DNA of 32,000 nt from positions 215,400-247,399 of the forward strand of contig NZ_FUZT01000003.1 in NCBI RefSeq assembly GCF_900167445.1, in the 5' to 3' direction. A program made the translations under genes and the position numbers. Below, piece after piece: positions 19,901-27,706 of the stretch (within the stretch, counting starts at the first letter, position 1; every line of letters starts with the position of its first letter). The notes beneath the pieces are model-generated. The model was not told the origin of the DNA. It did no database searches and was given only the letters and a program-made list of their open reading frames with translations. This DNA comes from Maledivibacter halophilus. GTDB lineage: Bacteria > Bacillota > Clostridia > Peptostreptococcales > Caminicellaceae.

Positions 19901-19969
19901 CAGTATGGTGAGCATCATCACAAGTATCAGTAATATTACAATTTGCTTTTTACATATGTTTTTGTTCAT
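13955..19969 (-). CDS. Giant secreted cell-surface protein: signal peptide, Ig-like domains, GLUG-repeat region, three Big_4-like Ig domains, two 'LP..G..I.W.SS' atrophied Ig domains, a repeated central module and three C-terminal SLH domains
   Basis: 2004 aa. Signal peptide is MNKNICKKQIVILLILVMMLTILTLTVSA/DEA. There are 6-7 GGLVGxN...NSYAxGxVEG repeats. Three repeats have the pattern ...VNWD....Y.....G.Y.F.G.L.L. C-terminal SLH motifs are FKDV..HWA...I, F.P...ITR.E repeated three times. GAGGGGGA SD upstream. Confidence 0.9.
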   Translation of the reverse strand: MNKNICKKQIVILLILVMMLTILTLTVSADEAKVGSGISGGSALSISITNHDINLTYGNNEDISISGTISDADNDVTVSATIDGNEATDTVEGGSEKWTLTWDIDDLNIAEGTYEDVTFTADDGNGGTAAMDYAGKLVVDRINPIVTDEYISLSGAAGRDSVFKVGDTVTAEWDDTESGDNNSDISSVTVDFSEFGGGDAVEASESSSIWTAAYTIDSGVTEGTNKNVSVTAVDNAGNKTTTEDTSNVTIEKETTEAPALDVDVSPGMEVGSTKASVTGDATAKFVVNITSDSVATPKVGDEGPTSGDNLIDDYISGDDITEGIDPDKYLQVYDVDENDNVVKFYQDQLTSDDIAAGEITNWADVAGNAKEDTDYSVNDDTYIINTALGLAWVADQVNNQGNSFKDKTVELADDIDLAEYYWTPIGTSENSYYRKIFRGVFDGKGNIIFNVKIGTKEDKDTTFRYVGLFGYAEKAAIQNVGVENCAIYSAKANADAGGLIGVNLDSTIKNSYATGNVEGENSIGGLVGFNAGTIENSYAAGDVEGDYAAGGLVGVNKFDTIANSYATGNVEGDYAVGGLVGFNESGTIANSYAMGNVEGEDHAVGGLVGFNLFGTIANSYAAGNIEGGAGTYVGGLVGDLYDGSILTNGYWRIGAAEKGIGSGGYYYDNIFGMEASEMQTYYFAQSLNKNLSDITGIPSGITLAKWGKDDDKNSGYPVLVEIGDGSGVPSAGTEPLPISSVKNIADIKVNYGTELNEIELPITVKVTLENSSITSLAVNWDGGQPEYKGNNPGDYIFTGTLILLEEGIVNTNNHKAAVKVIVLKKQTPPPKPTPEELANAAITKARGLLPSSFTAIEGTHANLLTYLNDIPGMGATGVTLSLESANYNVDNNGDITYTEEEITDNVVVNINKVHGTAKNKTIAVTVSESIPVNKEITDVKATADINVPYGTPLDELKLPKRVQVTLDDYSVTNLSVNWDMESSTYHSDTPGVYQFTGSLVLEEYISNTAEHKAKISVTVLEKGAQAQEIIDIEAIENVDVPYGTALKDIGLPAAVQVTLADETRQNLAVNWDKGTPEYDANKGDTYEFEGTLVLLEGIANTDEHRARVKVIVKPKSPELDLREDYEALAIGYASGDHAKHVTRNLYLPKVGKSGHTIINWTSSDEGITTTGRVTRPTADEADLTVTLTATITHEISGAQKTKIFTVRLLKKTAKDSIQDAARDLSIAKAFTFEHGDNWECVTSSFTLLDEGLYGTTINWTSNNSGIIQITKQNGETVGSVIRPKTADAKAILTAEISLGEYTITKTFLLVVRNEAVSIDDSDMRQTTSREANVQVGQEGTENKDNVGILRTNLNNGSKIDTVILNQDKLAHLIDGINPDKADEKQRTIMIEIPQSETEPADEQVVEVPAAFLEAMADKNSGLHIQTNEGSVNIDYQELQDVAERGSDLFFRMVSVKDKEEQDEVKNNIATNMTVVKAADGRPINVLSIPRRIETNFRGSSTRVSIPLRGIDIPDKDQQEFLDSMHIFIEHSDGTTELLSGMFQYENDEPVAMEFIIHKFSCFQLLNFYEEDSSDDDHHSSHSSRGLSKDDYVTIYVNGEKEKAGILTTDRDNGKRIQKITIDKQKLEKKLKKEGQHTVVAILFNKTADCSTAILNGELLDDMAKEQAVIEVKTEYGAYTLPAAQIDMETAANQLGKNVKLKDIDVEISIAKLQGDTLNTVEKAAKGNDFTIAASPVDFIVQCSHNKKTIKVSNYSDYVKRSITIPKDLDIDRITTGVIVEPNGSVRHVPTKVIKADGKYYAQINSFTDSTYVLIYHPQKFKDVKAHWAQEAINDMGSRMIVGGVGNNRFEPDRSITRAEFVAIMVRGLGLKPGIGTNPFIDVSEDSWYCDYIKTAYGYDIINGYENSRFKPLDFITREEAMAMVTRAMNITGLKGKSQKDEFTQLEGYADFAQSAPWAKSSINTCVNQGILSGKSISILAPKDKITRAEVAVIIRRLLQKSGLI
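18020..18500 (-). repeat. In-frame tandem coding repeats (GLUG motif units), period 78-84 nt, 6-7 units
   Basis: The landmark ccagacc(t/a)cc recurs at 18148, 18232, 18313 and 18391, with spacings of 84, 81 and 78 nt. The antisense track ORF 18164-18505 also shows the periodicity. Confidence 0.8.
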
Positions 19970-20084
19970 TTTATATCCCCCTCTCTATTACTCTTTAACT
20001 TCTACAAACAGCTTCGTCATATTCATAACATAAGTTACCTGATTTAACCATATAAAATCATAATAGCATCTATTTCCAAAAAGT

Positions 20085-20106
20085 AAATTATCCTTTAGGA
20101 TAATTT
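20085..20106. promoter_or_regulatory. Perfect 10+2+10 bp AT-rich palindrome upstream of the SLH gene (operator candidate, or a weak second terminator after prfA)
   Basis: AAATTATCCT-tt-AGGATAATTT. On the minus strand it is followed by ACTTTTTGG. It lies ~115 nt upstream of the SLH ATG. Confidence 0.35.
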
Positions 20107-20123
20107 TAGAAAAAAGGGGAGTA

Positions 20124-20189
20124 AAAAACCAGGGGAACGGTTCTCATGGTTTAGAATTGCCAACCACAAAAATCGTCCCCCTGGTTTTT
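20124..20189 (-). terminator. Rho-independent (bidirectional-looking) terminator downstream of prfA
   Basis: AAAAACCAGGGGaACG-(34 nt)-CGTcCCCCTGGTTTTT, giving 12 bp, one mismatch and 3 bp. The minus strand ends in TTTTTT. Confidence 0.7.
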
Positions 20190-20228
20190 GTATTAAACTA
20201 AGGAACTCCTTGGTTTAGGGTTTTACAT

Positions 20229-21296
20229 TTAACTCAATTTCTTCAATTTTTCAGCTTGATCAGTAGTAATTAATGCATCAACTATTTCATCAATCTCACC
20301 ATCTAAAAATTGATGAAGCTTATATATTGTTAATGTTATTCTATGATCGGTTACACGACCTTGAGGATAATTATAGGTTCTAATTTTTTCACTTCTTTCT
20401 CCCGTACCAACCTGACTCTTTCTAGCCTCGGCAATTTCTGCATTTTGTTCAGCCATAACAGTATCATAAAGCCTTGCCTTTAAAACCTTCATTGCCTTTT
20501 CTTTGTTTTTCAATTGTGATTTTTCATCCTGACATGTAACAACCATTCCAGTAGGTATATGGGTTATTCTTACAGCCGAATCAGTAGTATTAACACTTTG
20601 TCCTCCATTACCAGAGGATCTAAAAACATCGATTCTTAAATCATTTTGATTAATATCCACCTCTACATCATCCACTTCTGGAAGCACCGCAACAGTAGCA
20701 GTGGAAGTATGGATTCGTCCTCCCGATTCAGTAGAAGGTATTCTTTGAACCCTATGGACGCCACTTTCATATTTGAGCCTTGAATATGCTCCTTTACCCT
20801 TTATCATAAATATTACTTCCTTTATTCCTCCTACACCAGTTTCATTACTACTCATCATTTCTGTTTTCCAATTATTTCTTTCGGCGTATCTTGTATATAG
20901 TCTCAGCAGCTCAGCAGCAAACAGTCCAGCTTCATCGCCTCCTGCTCCTGCCCTTATCTCTACAATAACGTTCTTTTCATCATTTGGATCCTTTGGTATT
21001 AGAAGTAGCTTTAGCTCTTCTTCCAAGGGTTCTACCCTTTCTTCTAATTCCTCTAATTCCATTTTAGCCATTTCTCTTAATTCATCATCTTTACTTTCCT
21101 TTAAAATTTCTCTGGCTTCTTCAATCCCAGACTTAACCTCCTTATACTCCATATATTTATCAACAATAGGCTTTAATGAAGCATGTTCTTTAATATACTT
21201 TTGCCACACAGTCTGGTCGCTAATTACCTCCGGATCAGATATTTTTTTACTTAAATCCTCATATTTTTCTTCTATAAAATTTAATTTTTCAAACAT
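20229..21296 (-). CDS. prfA: Peptide chain release factor 1
   Basis: 355 aa with the PST tripeptide anticodon context (RIPSTES), the GGQ motif ([12 protein letters not shown]) and the RF-1 domain. Confidence 0.98.
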   Translation of the reverse strand: MFEKLNFIEEKYEDLSKKISDPEVISDQTVWQKYIKEHASLKPIVDKYMEYKEVKSGIEEAREILKESKDDELREMAKMELEELEERVEPLEEELKLLLIPKDPNDEKNVIVEIRAGAGGDEAGLFAAELLRLYTRYAERNNWKTEMMSSNETGVGGIKEVIFMIKGKGAYSRLKYESGVHRVQRIPSTESGGRIHTSTATVAVLPEVDDVEVDINQNDLRIDVFRSSGNGGQSVNTTDSAVRITHIPTGMVVTCQDEKSQLKNKEKAMKVLKARLYDTVMAEQNAEIAEARKSQVGTGERSEKIRTYNYPQGRVTDHRITLTIYKLHQFLDGEIDEIVDALITTDQAEKLKKLS

Positions 21297-21360
21297 AATA
21301 TCACCCCATTTTTAAGTTCTAAGTTCCAGGTTCTAAGTTAGTAAGCTTTGAACTTACCAC

Positions 21361-22224
21361 TTAGAGCTTTATTCTTGCGCTTACCACTCTTTCAATACCA
21401 GCTAAATCCTTAGTTATCTCAATATCTACATATTTCTTTTTCTCCTCCATGAGCTTAACAACCCTTTGAGCCTGGTCGTGGCCTACCTCCAAGGCTATTA
21501 GTCCATTATTTTTTAAATACACAGGAGCTTTGTCTATTATCACCCTATAAAAATCAAGACCATCCTCACCACCATCTAATGCAAGCCTTGGCTCAAATTT
21601 AGATACTTCAATTTGAAGGGTATCTATATCCTCTGTAGGTATATAAGGCGGATTGGATACTAAAATATCTATTCTCTCTAATAAATTTATATTCTCTAGA
21701 GGTTCAAATAAGCTTCCCTTTAAAAAATTTATTTTAGGCAGCACATTATTTTTCACTGCATTTATTCTAGCTATGTCTAATGCTTTTTGCGATATATCTA
21801 TTGAATAGATATATGAATTTTGAACATATTTTGCTAAACTAACAGATATGGCTCCACTTCCTGTACCTATATCTATAATATTATATTTATCATTCTCATC
21901 TATACTGTCTAATATCTTTTCTATCAAAATCTCAGTATCTGGTCTTGGTATCAATACCCCTTCCTCTAAATAAAACTCTAATCCCATAAATTCTTGAATA
22001 CCAGTTATATATTGGACTGGAACTCCACAAGCCCTTTTTTGAATCAATCCTTTATATTCTAAAATTTGCTTGTGGGTCAATACTCTATCCTTATTCACTA
22101 TTAAGTATAGCCTATCTACCTTTAAAATATGGCAAAGTATAACCTGGGCATCCAACAGAGGGGTAGAAACCTTTGTTTTAAGCCTTCCTACAGCTTCCTT
22201 CAATATCTTCTCAATAGTTATCAT
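21361..22224 (-). CDS. prmC: Release-factor glutamine N5-methyltransferase
   Basis: 287 aa. SAM motif IIDIGTGSGAI and catalytic NPPY (VSNPPYIP). Adjacent to prfA. Confidence 0.95.
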   Translation of the reverse strand: MITIEKILKEAVGRLKTKVSTPLLDAQVILCHILKVDRLYLIVNKDRVLTHKQILEYKGLIQKRACGVPVQYITGIQEFMGLEFYLEEGVLIPRPDTEILIEKILDSIDENDKYNIIDIGTGSGAISVSLAKYVQNSYIYSIDISQKALDIARINAVKNNVLPKINFLKGSLFEPLENINLLERIDILVSNPPYIPTEDIDTLQIEVSKFEPRLALDGGEDGLDFYRVIIDKAPVYLKNNGLIALEVGHDQAQRVVKLMEEKKKYVDIEITKDLAGIERVVSARIKL

Positions 22225-23138
22225 TACAAATCCTGATCCTTTACAAGTATACTTTTTAAAGCTTCAATAGCAACCTCCAGCTGACTGTCATCGGGTTCTT
22301 TGGTAGTTAATTTTTGAAGCATAAGTCCAGGATAACTGAGAAGTCTCATGATTTTAGATTTGCTTTTCCCTGCTACCTTTATGATTTCATAGGAAATCCC
22401 CGCCACCAAAGGAAGTAATATTAGCTTTATAATTATTCTTTCTATCGGACTTTCCCATCCTATAAAAGAAAATAGAATTATACTGATTATCATAACAAAA
22501 AGTAGGAAACTGGTTCCACATCTTGGATGAAGAGTAGTAAATTCTCTGGCATTTTCTGGAGTCAATAGTTTTCCACTTTCATAACAGTAAATCACCTTAT
22601 GCTCTGCTCCATGATATTCAAAAACTCTTTTTATCTCCTTCATTCTCGATATAATAATAATATATCCAATGAACATTAAAATTTTCAAAGTTCCTTCAAA
22701 TCCACTAAGTACTAATCGATTGGTAAATATATTTTTAAGAAAATTAATAAGAAAAGTAGGTATAAACATAAATATTAATAGGGCCATTGCCAAGGCCAGG
22801 AAAACAGAAAAATAAGTAACTATATCATCTGCTTTATCTCCTAATTTTTCTTCCAGCCATTTTTCAAATTTACCTTTATCATACTGAGAATTCCCTTCTT
22901 CAAAAAACTCTGCGGAATAAGTGATAGCCCTTACACCTATTATCATTGAATTAAAAAAAGCTATAACACCTCTTAAAACAGGTATTTTATAAAGCTTGGA
23001 TTTTTCTATTTTACTTACAGGTTCCTTCTTTACTACTATTTCACCGTCAGATTTCCTTACAGCCATAGCAAGCCCATCGGGCCCCTTCATCATTACTCCT
23101 TCAATTAAGGCCTGTCCGCCGACACTAACTTTTTCCAT
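22224..23138 (-). CDS. DUF1385-family membrane protein (conserved upstream partner of prmC/prfA in Clostridia)
   Basis: GGQALIEGVMMKG N-terminus and YHGAEHKVI motif. The track TTG start at 23156 was trimmed to ATG at 23138, which follows AGGTGAAAAA. The stop overlaps the prmC start. Confidence 0.85.
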   Translation of the reverse strand: MEKVSVGGQALIEGVMMKGPDGLAMAVRKSDGEIVVKKEPVSKIEKSKLYKIPVLRGVIAFFNSMIIGVRAITYSAEFFEEGNSQYDKGKFEKWLEEKLGDKADDIVTYFSVFLALAMALLIFMFIPTFLINFLKNIFTNRLVLSGFEGTLKILMFIGYIIIISRMKEIKRVFEYHGAEHKVIYCYESGKLLTPENAREFTTLHPRCGTSFLLFVMIISIILFSFIGWESPIERIIIKLILLPLVAGISYEIIKVAGKSKSKIMRLLSYPGLMLQKLTTKEPDDSQLEVAIEALKSILVKDQDL

Positions 23139-23210
23139 TTTTTCACCTGCTTTCAAAACACTAGTTGGCTATTATATTATATCATATATGTTCCAACCTC
23201 ATATCTATAA

Positions 23211-23789
23211 TTAATCTCTAGGCACCTCATGATGTAATCTGCATCTTGCTTCATAGCTTTCAGTGGCTCCTACTAAAACTACTTCATCTGAATATTTTGC
23301 AGGCTTTCCGTTTATTAATCTCTGAGTTCTATGGGCAGGAGCTCCACATTTTACACATATAGCACTAAGCTTATCCACAAACTCTGCAATTGCCATAATC
23401 TTTGGCGTAGGTCCAAAGGGTTCTCCACGAAAATCCATATCTAAACCTGCTACCAATACTCTTTTACCTCTATCAGCAAGGGTTTTTATTACATCAATTA
23501 TATCGTCATTAAAAAACTGTACTTCATCTATCCCAACAACATGGGTTTTTTCATCTACATATTTATAGATATCCTTGGGATTAGATATGTTTATAGCATT
23601 GATTTTACTACCATTATGGGATACCACATTTTTTTTGCAATACCTATCGTCTATAGAAGGTTTAAATACAATTACATTTTGTTTGGCTATCTTAGCTCTT
23701 TTCAATCTTCTTATTAATTCCTCACTCTTTCCACTGTACATCGGTCCTACTATAACTTCTATATACCCATGATGATTAGGTCTATACAT
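23211..23789 (-). CDS. tdk: Thymidine kinase
   Basis: P-loop [14 protein letters not shown] and a C-terminal zinc ribbon (C..C...C.LH). The track GTG start at 23864 was trimmed to ATG at 23789, which has AGGGAGGAAAAAG upstream. Product is 192 aa. Confidence 0.95.
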   Translation of the reverse strand: MYRPNHHGYIEVIVGPMYSGKSEELIRRLKRAKIAKQNVIVFKPSIDDRYCKKNVVSHNGSKINAINISNPKDIYKYVDEKTHVVGIDEVQFFNDDIIDVIKTLADRGKRVLVAGLDMDFRGEPFGPTPKIMAIAEFVDKLSAICVKCGAPAHRTQRLINGKPAKYSDEVVLVGATESYEARCRLHHEVPRD

Positions 23790-23916
23790 CTTACTTTTTC
23801 CTCCCTTTGTATAAAGCAACAGATTACGGATAATATCCTGCCTATAGGCTGTTTTTATCAACACAAAATAAGGCTAGAGAAATTTATCTCTAACCTCATA
23901 GCTTTTTTGAAAATTA

Positions 23917-24117
23917 CTATTCCATACCATATTTCTTCTTAAATCTCTCCGCTCTTCCGCCACGCTCTACAGTCTTTTGACTTCCTGTGTAGAAAGGATG
24001 GCATTCAGAACAAATTTCTATTCTAATCTCGTCCTTAACTGACTTAGTTTCAAATGTATTTCCACAAGCACATCTTACTGTACATTTATCATATTTTGGA
24101 TGTATTTTGGGCTTCAT
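23917..24117 (-). CDS. rpmE: 50S ribosomal protein L31 (type A, Cys-containing)
   Basis: MKPKIHPKY...CACGNTFET...[10 protein letters not shown]. The track start at 24138 was trimmed to ATG at 24117, which has GAGGTG 6 nt upstream. Product is 66 aa. Confidence 0.95.
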   Translation of the reverse strand: MKPKIHPKYDKCTVRCACGNTFETKSVKDEIRIEICSECHPFYTGSQKTVERGGRAERFKKKYGME

Positions 24118-24150
24118 ATATTTCACCTCTTTCATCAATTTTCTCTCTAT

Positions 24151-24179
24151 ATATTAATAATATTCTATATAATTGTCAA
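24151..24179 (-). promoter_or_regulatory. Candidate sigma-A promoter for rpmE
   Basis: Minus strand reads TTGACA, a 17-nt spacer, then TAATAT. It lies ~35 nt upstream of the rpmE ATG. Confidence 0.5.
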
Positions 24180-24271
24180 GGAAAAATAGTATTACAAATA
24201 AATCATAATACTTTTTCAACCATTACATTTTATCACATGACAACTAAATATTCAAGATAGGTTTTCAATAA

Positions 24272-25666
24272 TTATAATATTTTTTTTCTCATCATTTCTA
24301 CAAATTCATCATTGTTTCTTGTAGAAATCAACTGCTTAATTATCGCCTCTGTTACTTCATAGGTAGAATTACTACTCATAGCCCTTCTTATATTCCATAT
24401 GGTCTCAAGCTCTTTTTGGCTAAGGAGTAATTCTTCTCTCCTTGTACCGGATTTTTGTATGTCTACAGCTGGGAAAATTCTCTTTTCTGATAATTTTCTG
24501 TCTAAATGAAGCTCCATATTACCAGTACCCTTAAATTCTTCATAAATCACATCATCCATTCTACTTCCGGTTTCAATTAAAGCAGTGGCAAGAATGGTTA
24601 AACTGCCTCCTTCTTCTATGTTTCTGGCAGCCCCAAAAAATCTCTTAGGTTTGTGTAAAGCAGCAGGGTCAAGTCCACCGGATAATGTTCTTCCAGTAGC
24701 AGGAATTGTAAGATTATATGCCCTTGCAAGTCTTGTGATACTATCTAGAAGAATGACAACATCCTTTTTCTGCTCAACCAATCTTTGAGCTCTATCCAAT
24801 ACCATTTCAGCAACCTTAATATGATGATTTGGAAGCTCATCAAACGTAGAATAGATAACCTCTGCATCTATAGATCGTTTCATATCTGTAACTTCCTCTG
24901 GTCTCTCATCGATCAGAAGAACTATTATTTCTACCTTAGGATAATTAATAGATATGCTCTTGGCAATTTTTTGAAGTAGTATAGTTTTTCCTGCCTTTGG
25001 AGGGGCAACTATAAGTCCTCTCTGACCTTTTCCAATGGGAGCAATAAAATCAATAAGTCTCATAGACAGATCTGATGAGTTAGCTTCCAGGGTTATTCTA
25101 TTATTTGGATAAATCGGGGTAAGATTTTCAAAATTAGGCCTTTTAGAAGCAACTTCAGGGGGATCACCATTTACTTTTTGAACATATAGAAGAGCTCTAA
25201 ACTTTTCACTACTTTTAGCTGGTCTGGTAATACCAGAAATCATATCTCCTGTTTTTAACTTAAATTTCCTTATTTGAGAAGGGGAAACATAAACATCTAA
25301 TTCACTAGATAAAAAGTTATGAAACCTTAAAAAACCAAATCCGCCATCAGACATTATTTCCAAAATACCTTCAACAACATCTGCCTGATTATTTCTTTCA
25401 ATCTCATCATTTATCTTCTCAGGCAGTTTCTCTCTCGAAATACTTTTATCTATCTTCGGTTTTTTTCTACTGATTTTTTCACTATTAACTTCTTCATTAT
25501 TGATTTCCTTTTGACTTAACTGATCTGAACCTATCTTCTCTGAATTTTGTAAAATAACGTTTATTAGTTCTTGCTTTTTATACTTTGAATAGCCTTTAAT
25601 ATTCAGATCCTTAGCCATTTGTCTCAGATCTGACATATTTTTGTTTTGTAATTGTACTGAATCCAA
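24272..25666 (-). CDS. rho: Transcription termination factor Rho, with a ~45-aa charged insertion in the N-terminal domain
   Basis: 464 aa. SAP-like N-terminus, CSD-like GFGFLR, Walker A APPKAGKT, and Q/R loops. TTG start with GGAGGTG 5 nt upstream. Confidence 0.97.
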   Translation of the reverse strand: MDSVQLQNKNMSDLRQMAKDLNIKGYSKYKKQELINVILQNSEKIGSDQLSQKEINNEEVNSEKISRKKPKIDKSISREKLPEKINDEIERNNQADVVEGILEIMSDGGFGFLRFHNFLSSELDVYVSPSQIRKFKLKTGDMISGITRPAKSSEKFRALLYVQKVNGDPPEVASKRPNFENLTPIYPNNRITLEANSSDLSMRLIDFIAPIGKGQRGLIVAPPKAGKTILLQKIAKSISINYPKVEIIVLLIDERPEEVTDMKRSIDAEVIYSTFDELPNHHIKVAEMVLDRAQRLVEQKKDVVILLDSITRLARAYNLTIPATGRTLSGGLDPAALHKPKRFFGAARNIEEGGSLTILATALIETGSRMDDVIYEEFKGTGNMELHLDRKLSEKRIFPAVDIQKSGTRREELLLSQKELETIWNIRRAMSSNSTYEVTEAIIKQLISTRNNDEFVEMMRKKIL

Positions 25667-25823
25667 GTTTGCACCTCCACAAGAATATAACTACTAGCAA
25701 CCAGCTAGCAGCTTCCAGCTCTACAAAAATCATTCCTTCAGTTCTTTATAAAACTATAAACTGAAAAAGAATATTACACAATTTTCCTAGAAGCCAGTGG
25801 CTAAAAGCTAGCAGCTCCACTAT

Positions 25824-26792
25824 TTATTTTGCATATTTCGGTTTCTTTTCCATATTGTGTACAGTTTCAACAAATCTAATTGTTCCAGTTTCTGATCTCA
25901 TTACTACAGAATGTGTTAAGCACTTGTTGTGGGATAAATATCTAACTCCTTTTAATAGATCTCCATCGGAAACCCCAGTTGCAGCAAAGTATACTTCATT
26001 TCCTTTAACTAAATCATCTAATAGTAACACTTTATCAATATCAACTTCCATTTTTTTGCATCTTTTCATTTCTTCATCACTCATTGGTGTAAGTTTCCCC
26101 TGCATTTCTCCACCTAGACACTTTATAGCCGCAGCAGCTATTACTCCTTCTGGAGCTCCACCCTGCCCTATTAAAACATCTACTCCTGTGTGCTCAAAGC
26201 AGGTTGCAATTGCTGTAGCAACATCACCTTCTCTAAACAATTGTATTCTACATCCTAATTCTCTACAATCTTTCATAATATCATTATGTCTTTCCCTATC
26301 AAGCATTGTAACAGTGAGTTCAGTCACATCTTTGTCAAGGGCCTTGGCAATATTTATCATATTTTCCTTTACTGGTGCATTTAAATCTATAACACCTTTT
26401 GCCTTTGGACCAACGGCAAGCTTATACATATAGGTATCCGGAGCCTTTAGTAAAGATCCTCTAGGTCCCATGGCCACAACAGATATAGCATTTGGTAGTC
26501 CTTTGGCAACACAATTGGTGCCATCCACAGGGTCAACAGCTATGTCAACCTTTGGTGAATTTGATTCACATGCTCCAATTCTTTCACCTATATACAACAT
26601 AGGAGCCTCATCCAATTCGCCTTCACCTATAACAACTATTCCGTCTATATCCATGGTATCAAACATCTTCCTCATACTATCCACTGCACCTTGATCTGCT
26701 AAATTCTTATCACCTCTGCCCATATATTTCGCACTTCCTAATGAAGCAGCTTCTGTCACCCTAACAAGGTTAATAGCTAAATTTCTATCCAT
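25824..26792 (-). CDS. glpX: Fructose-1,6-bisphosphatase class II (GlpX)
   Basis: GlpX-family sequence (RVTEAAS..., DPVDGT, GGAPEGV). The track TTG start at 26813 was trimmed to ATG at 26792, downstream of GAGGGGGGAA. Product is 322 aa. Confidence 0.95.
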   Translation of the reverse strand: MDRNLAINLVRVTEAASLGSAKYMGRGDKNLADQGAVDSMRKMFDTMDIDGIVVIGEGELDEAPMLYIGERIGACESNSPKVDIAVDPVDGTNCVAKGLPNAISVVAMGPRGSLLKAPDTYMYKLAVGPKAKGVIDLNAPVKENMINIAKALDKDVTELTVTMLDRERHNDIMKDCRELGCRIQLFREGDVATAIATCFEHTGVDVLIGQGGAPEGVIAAAAIKCLGGEMQGKLTPMSDEEMKRCKKMEVDIDKVLLLDDLVKGNEVYFAATGVSDGDLLKGVRYLSHNKCLTHSVVMRSETGTIRFVETVHNMEKKPKYAK

Positions 26793-27574
26793 AAACTTAT
26801 TTTCCCCCCTCAATATGTTTTATTATAATGAAATAATCTGAAAATTTTGTTTCATCATAAAGATAATCAATTCCAAAATTATTGAACATTAATTCAATAC
26901 CTAACAAATAAAAGTTAGCTCTTTGATTAAAGTAATAGCTAAAAAAATCTATCATTAAAATACCATTCTACAATATCAAATTCAAAAAATATTTAAGGGA
27001 ATACAGGCTTTTTCACTTCAGATTACTATAGAGAAACAATCTCAAGACTCAATCTAGACATCTTAAAAATATCGATACTCCTACGATTTTTTATAATGTA
27101 TGAATTGCCTTTCACTTTATTTCACTATATGGATTTAAAGCTTGATATTAAGAGAAGGGTATAATTTATTATTTTAAACAATAATCAACTTAACTTTATC
27201 AATAATCATTATAACATAATTTATATATAAAATCGACTAAAGACCTCTATTACTTTATCAATTGTGTCAAATTGGAATTATACAATTACCTCAATTATAA
27301 AGCATTATAAAATTCAAATCAATATTCTTTAAAAATATATTAGCTATATATAACTAAAAAATTCAACTTACTCCAATAGTCACATATCTATATATTAATT
27401 ATTACAGTTTTATTACACATATTATACATTTATTTTAAATATTTTTATAAAATAGCATATATTACTTTAATTATGGTATATTTATTACTAGGAACTAAAA
27501 TGGTACAAAATAACTATCATGTCATATTTGGGACAAAAATATATGCTTCTATAAAGCCTTTTAGCCTAAACAAA

Positions 27575-27705
27575 TGAGGAAATTGCATAATTCTAATTTG
27601 ACAAAATTACATATGCAAATATTGCCCTTAATTTAACTAGTTATGATAGTTTCTATATTAGTTTTTTGATAGGGCAATAGTGCAATTTACTCAAATCTAA
27701 ATAAT
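27575..27705 (+). repeat. Dispersed intergenic repeat, copy B (partner at 4862-5024)
   Basis: See copy A. Contains a 9-bp internal inverted repeat, TATTGCCCT (27620-27628) and AGGGCAATA (27671-27679). Also contains a perfect TTGACA hexamer at 27598-27603. Confidence 0.6.
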
Positions 27706-27706
27706 A

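Noticed and set aside
20229-21296. Possibility of a programmed +1 frameshift in the release-factor gene.
   Set aside because: That mechanism belongs to prfB (RF2). This gene is RF1 (PST motif) and is a single uninterrupted ORF.
27500-27577. 25-aa ORF (MVQNNYHVIFGTKIYASIKPFSLNK) with an AGGA 6 nt upstream, inside the 1-kb gap.
   Set aside because: Short ORFs of this size are expected by chance in AT-rich DNA. The SD is weak, and I cannot assess conservation. The small ORFs in repeat copy A (17 aa at ~5005, 24 aa at ~5201) are likewise not conserved in copy B.
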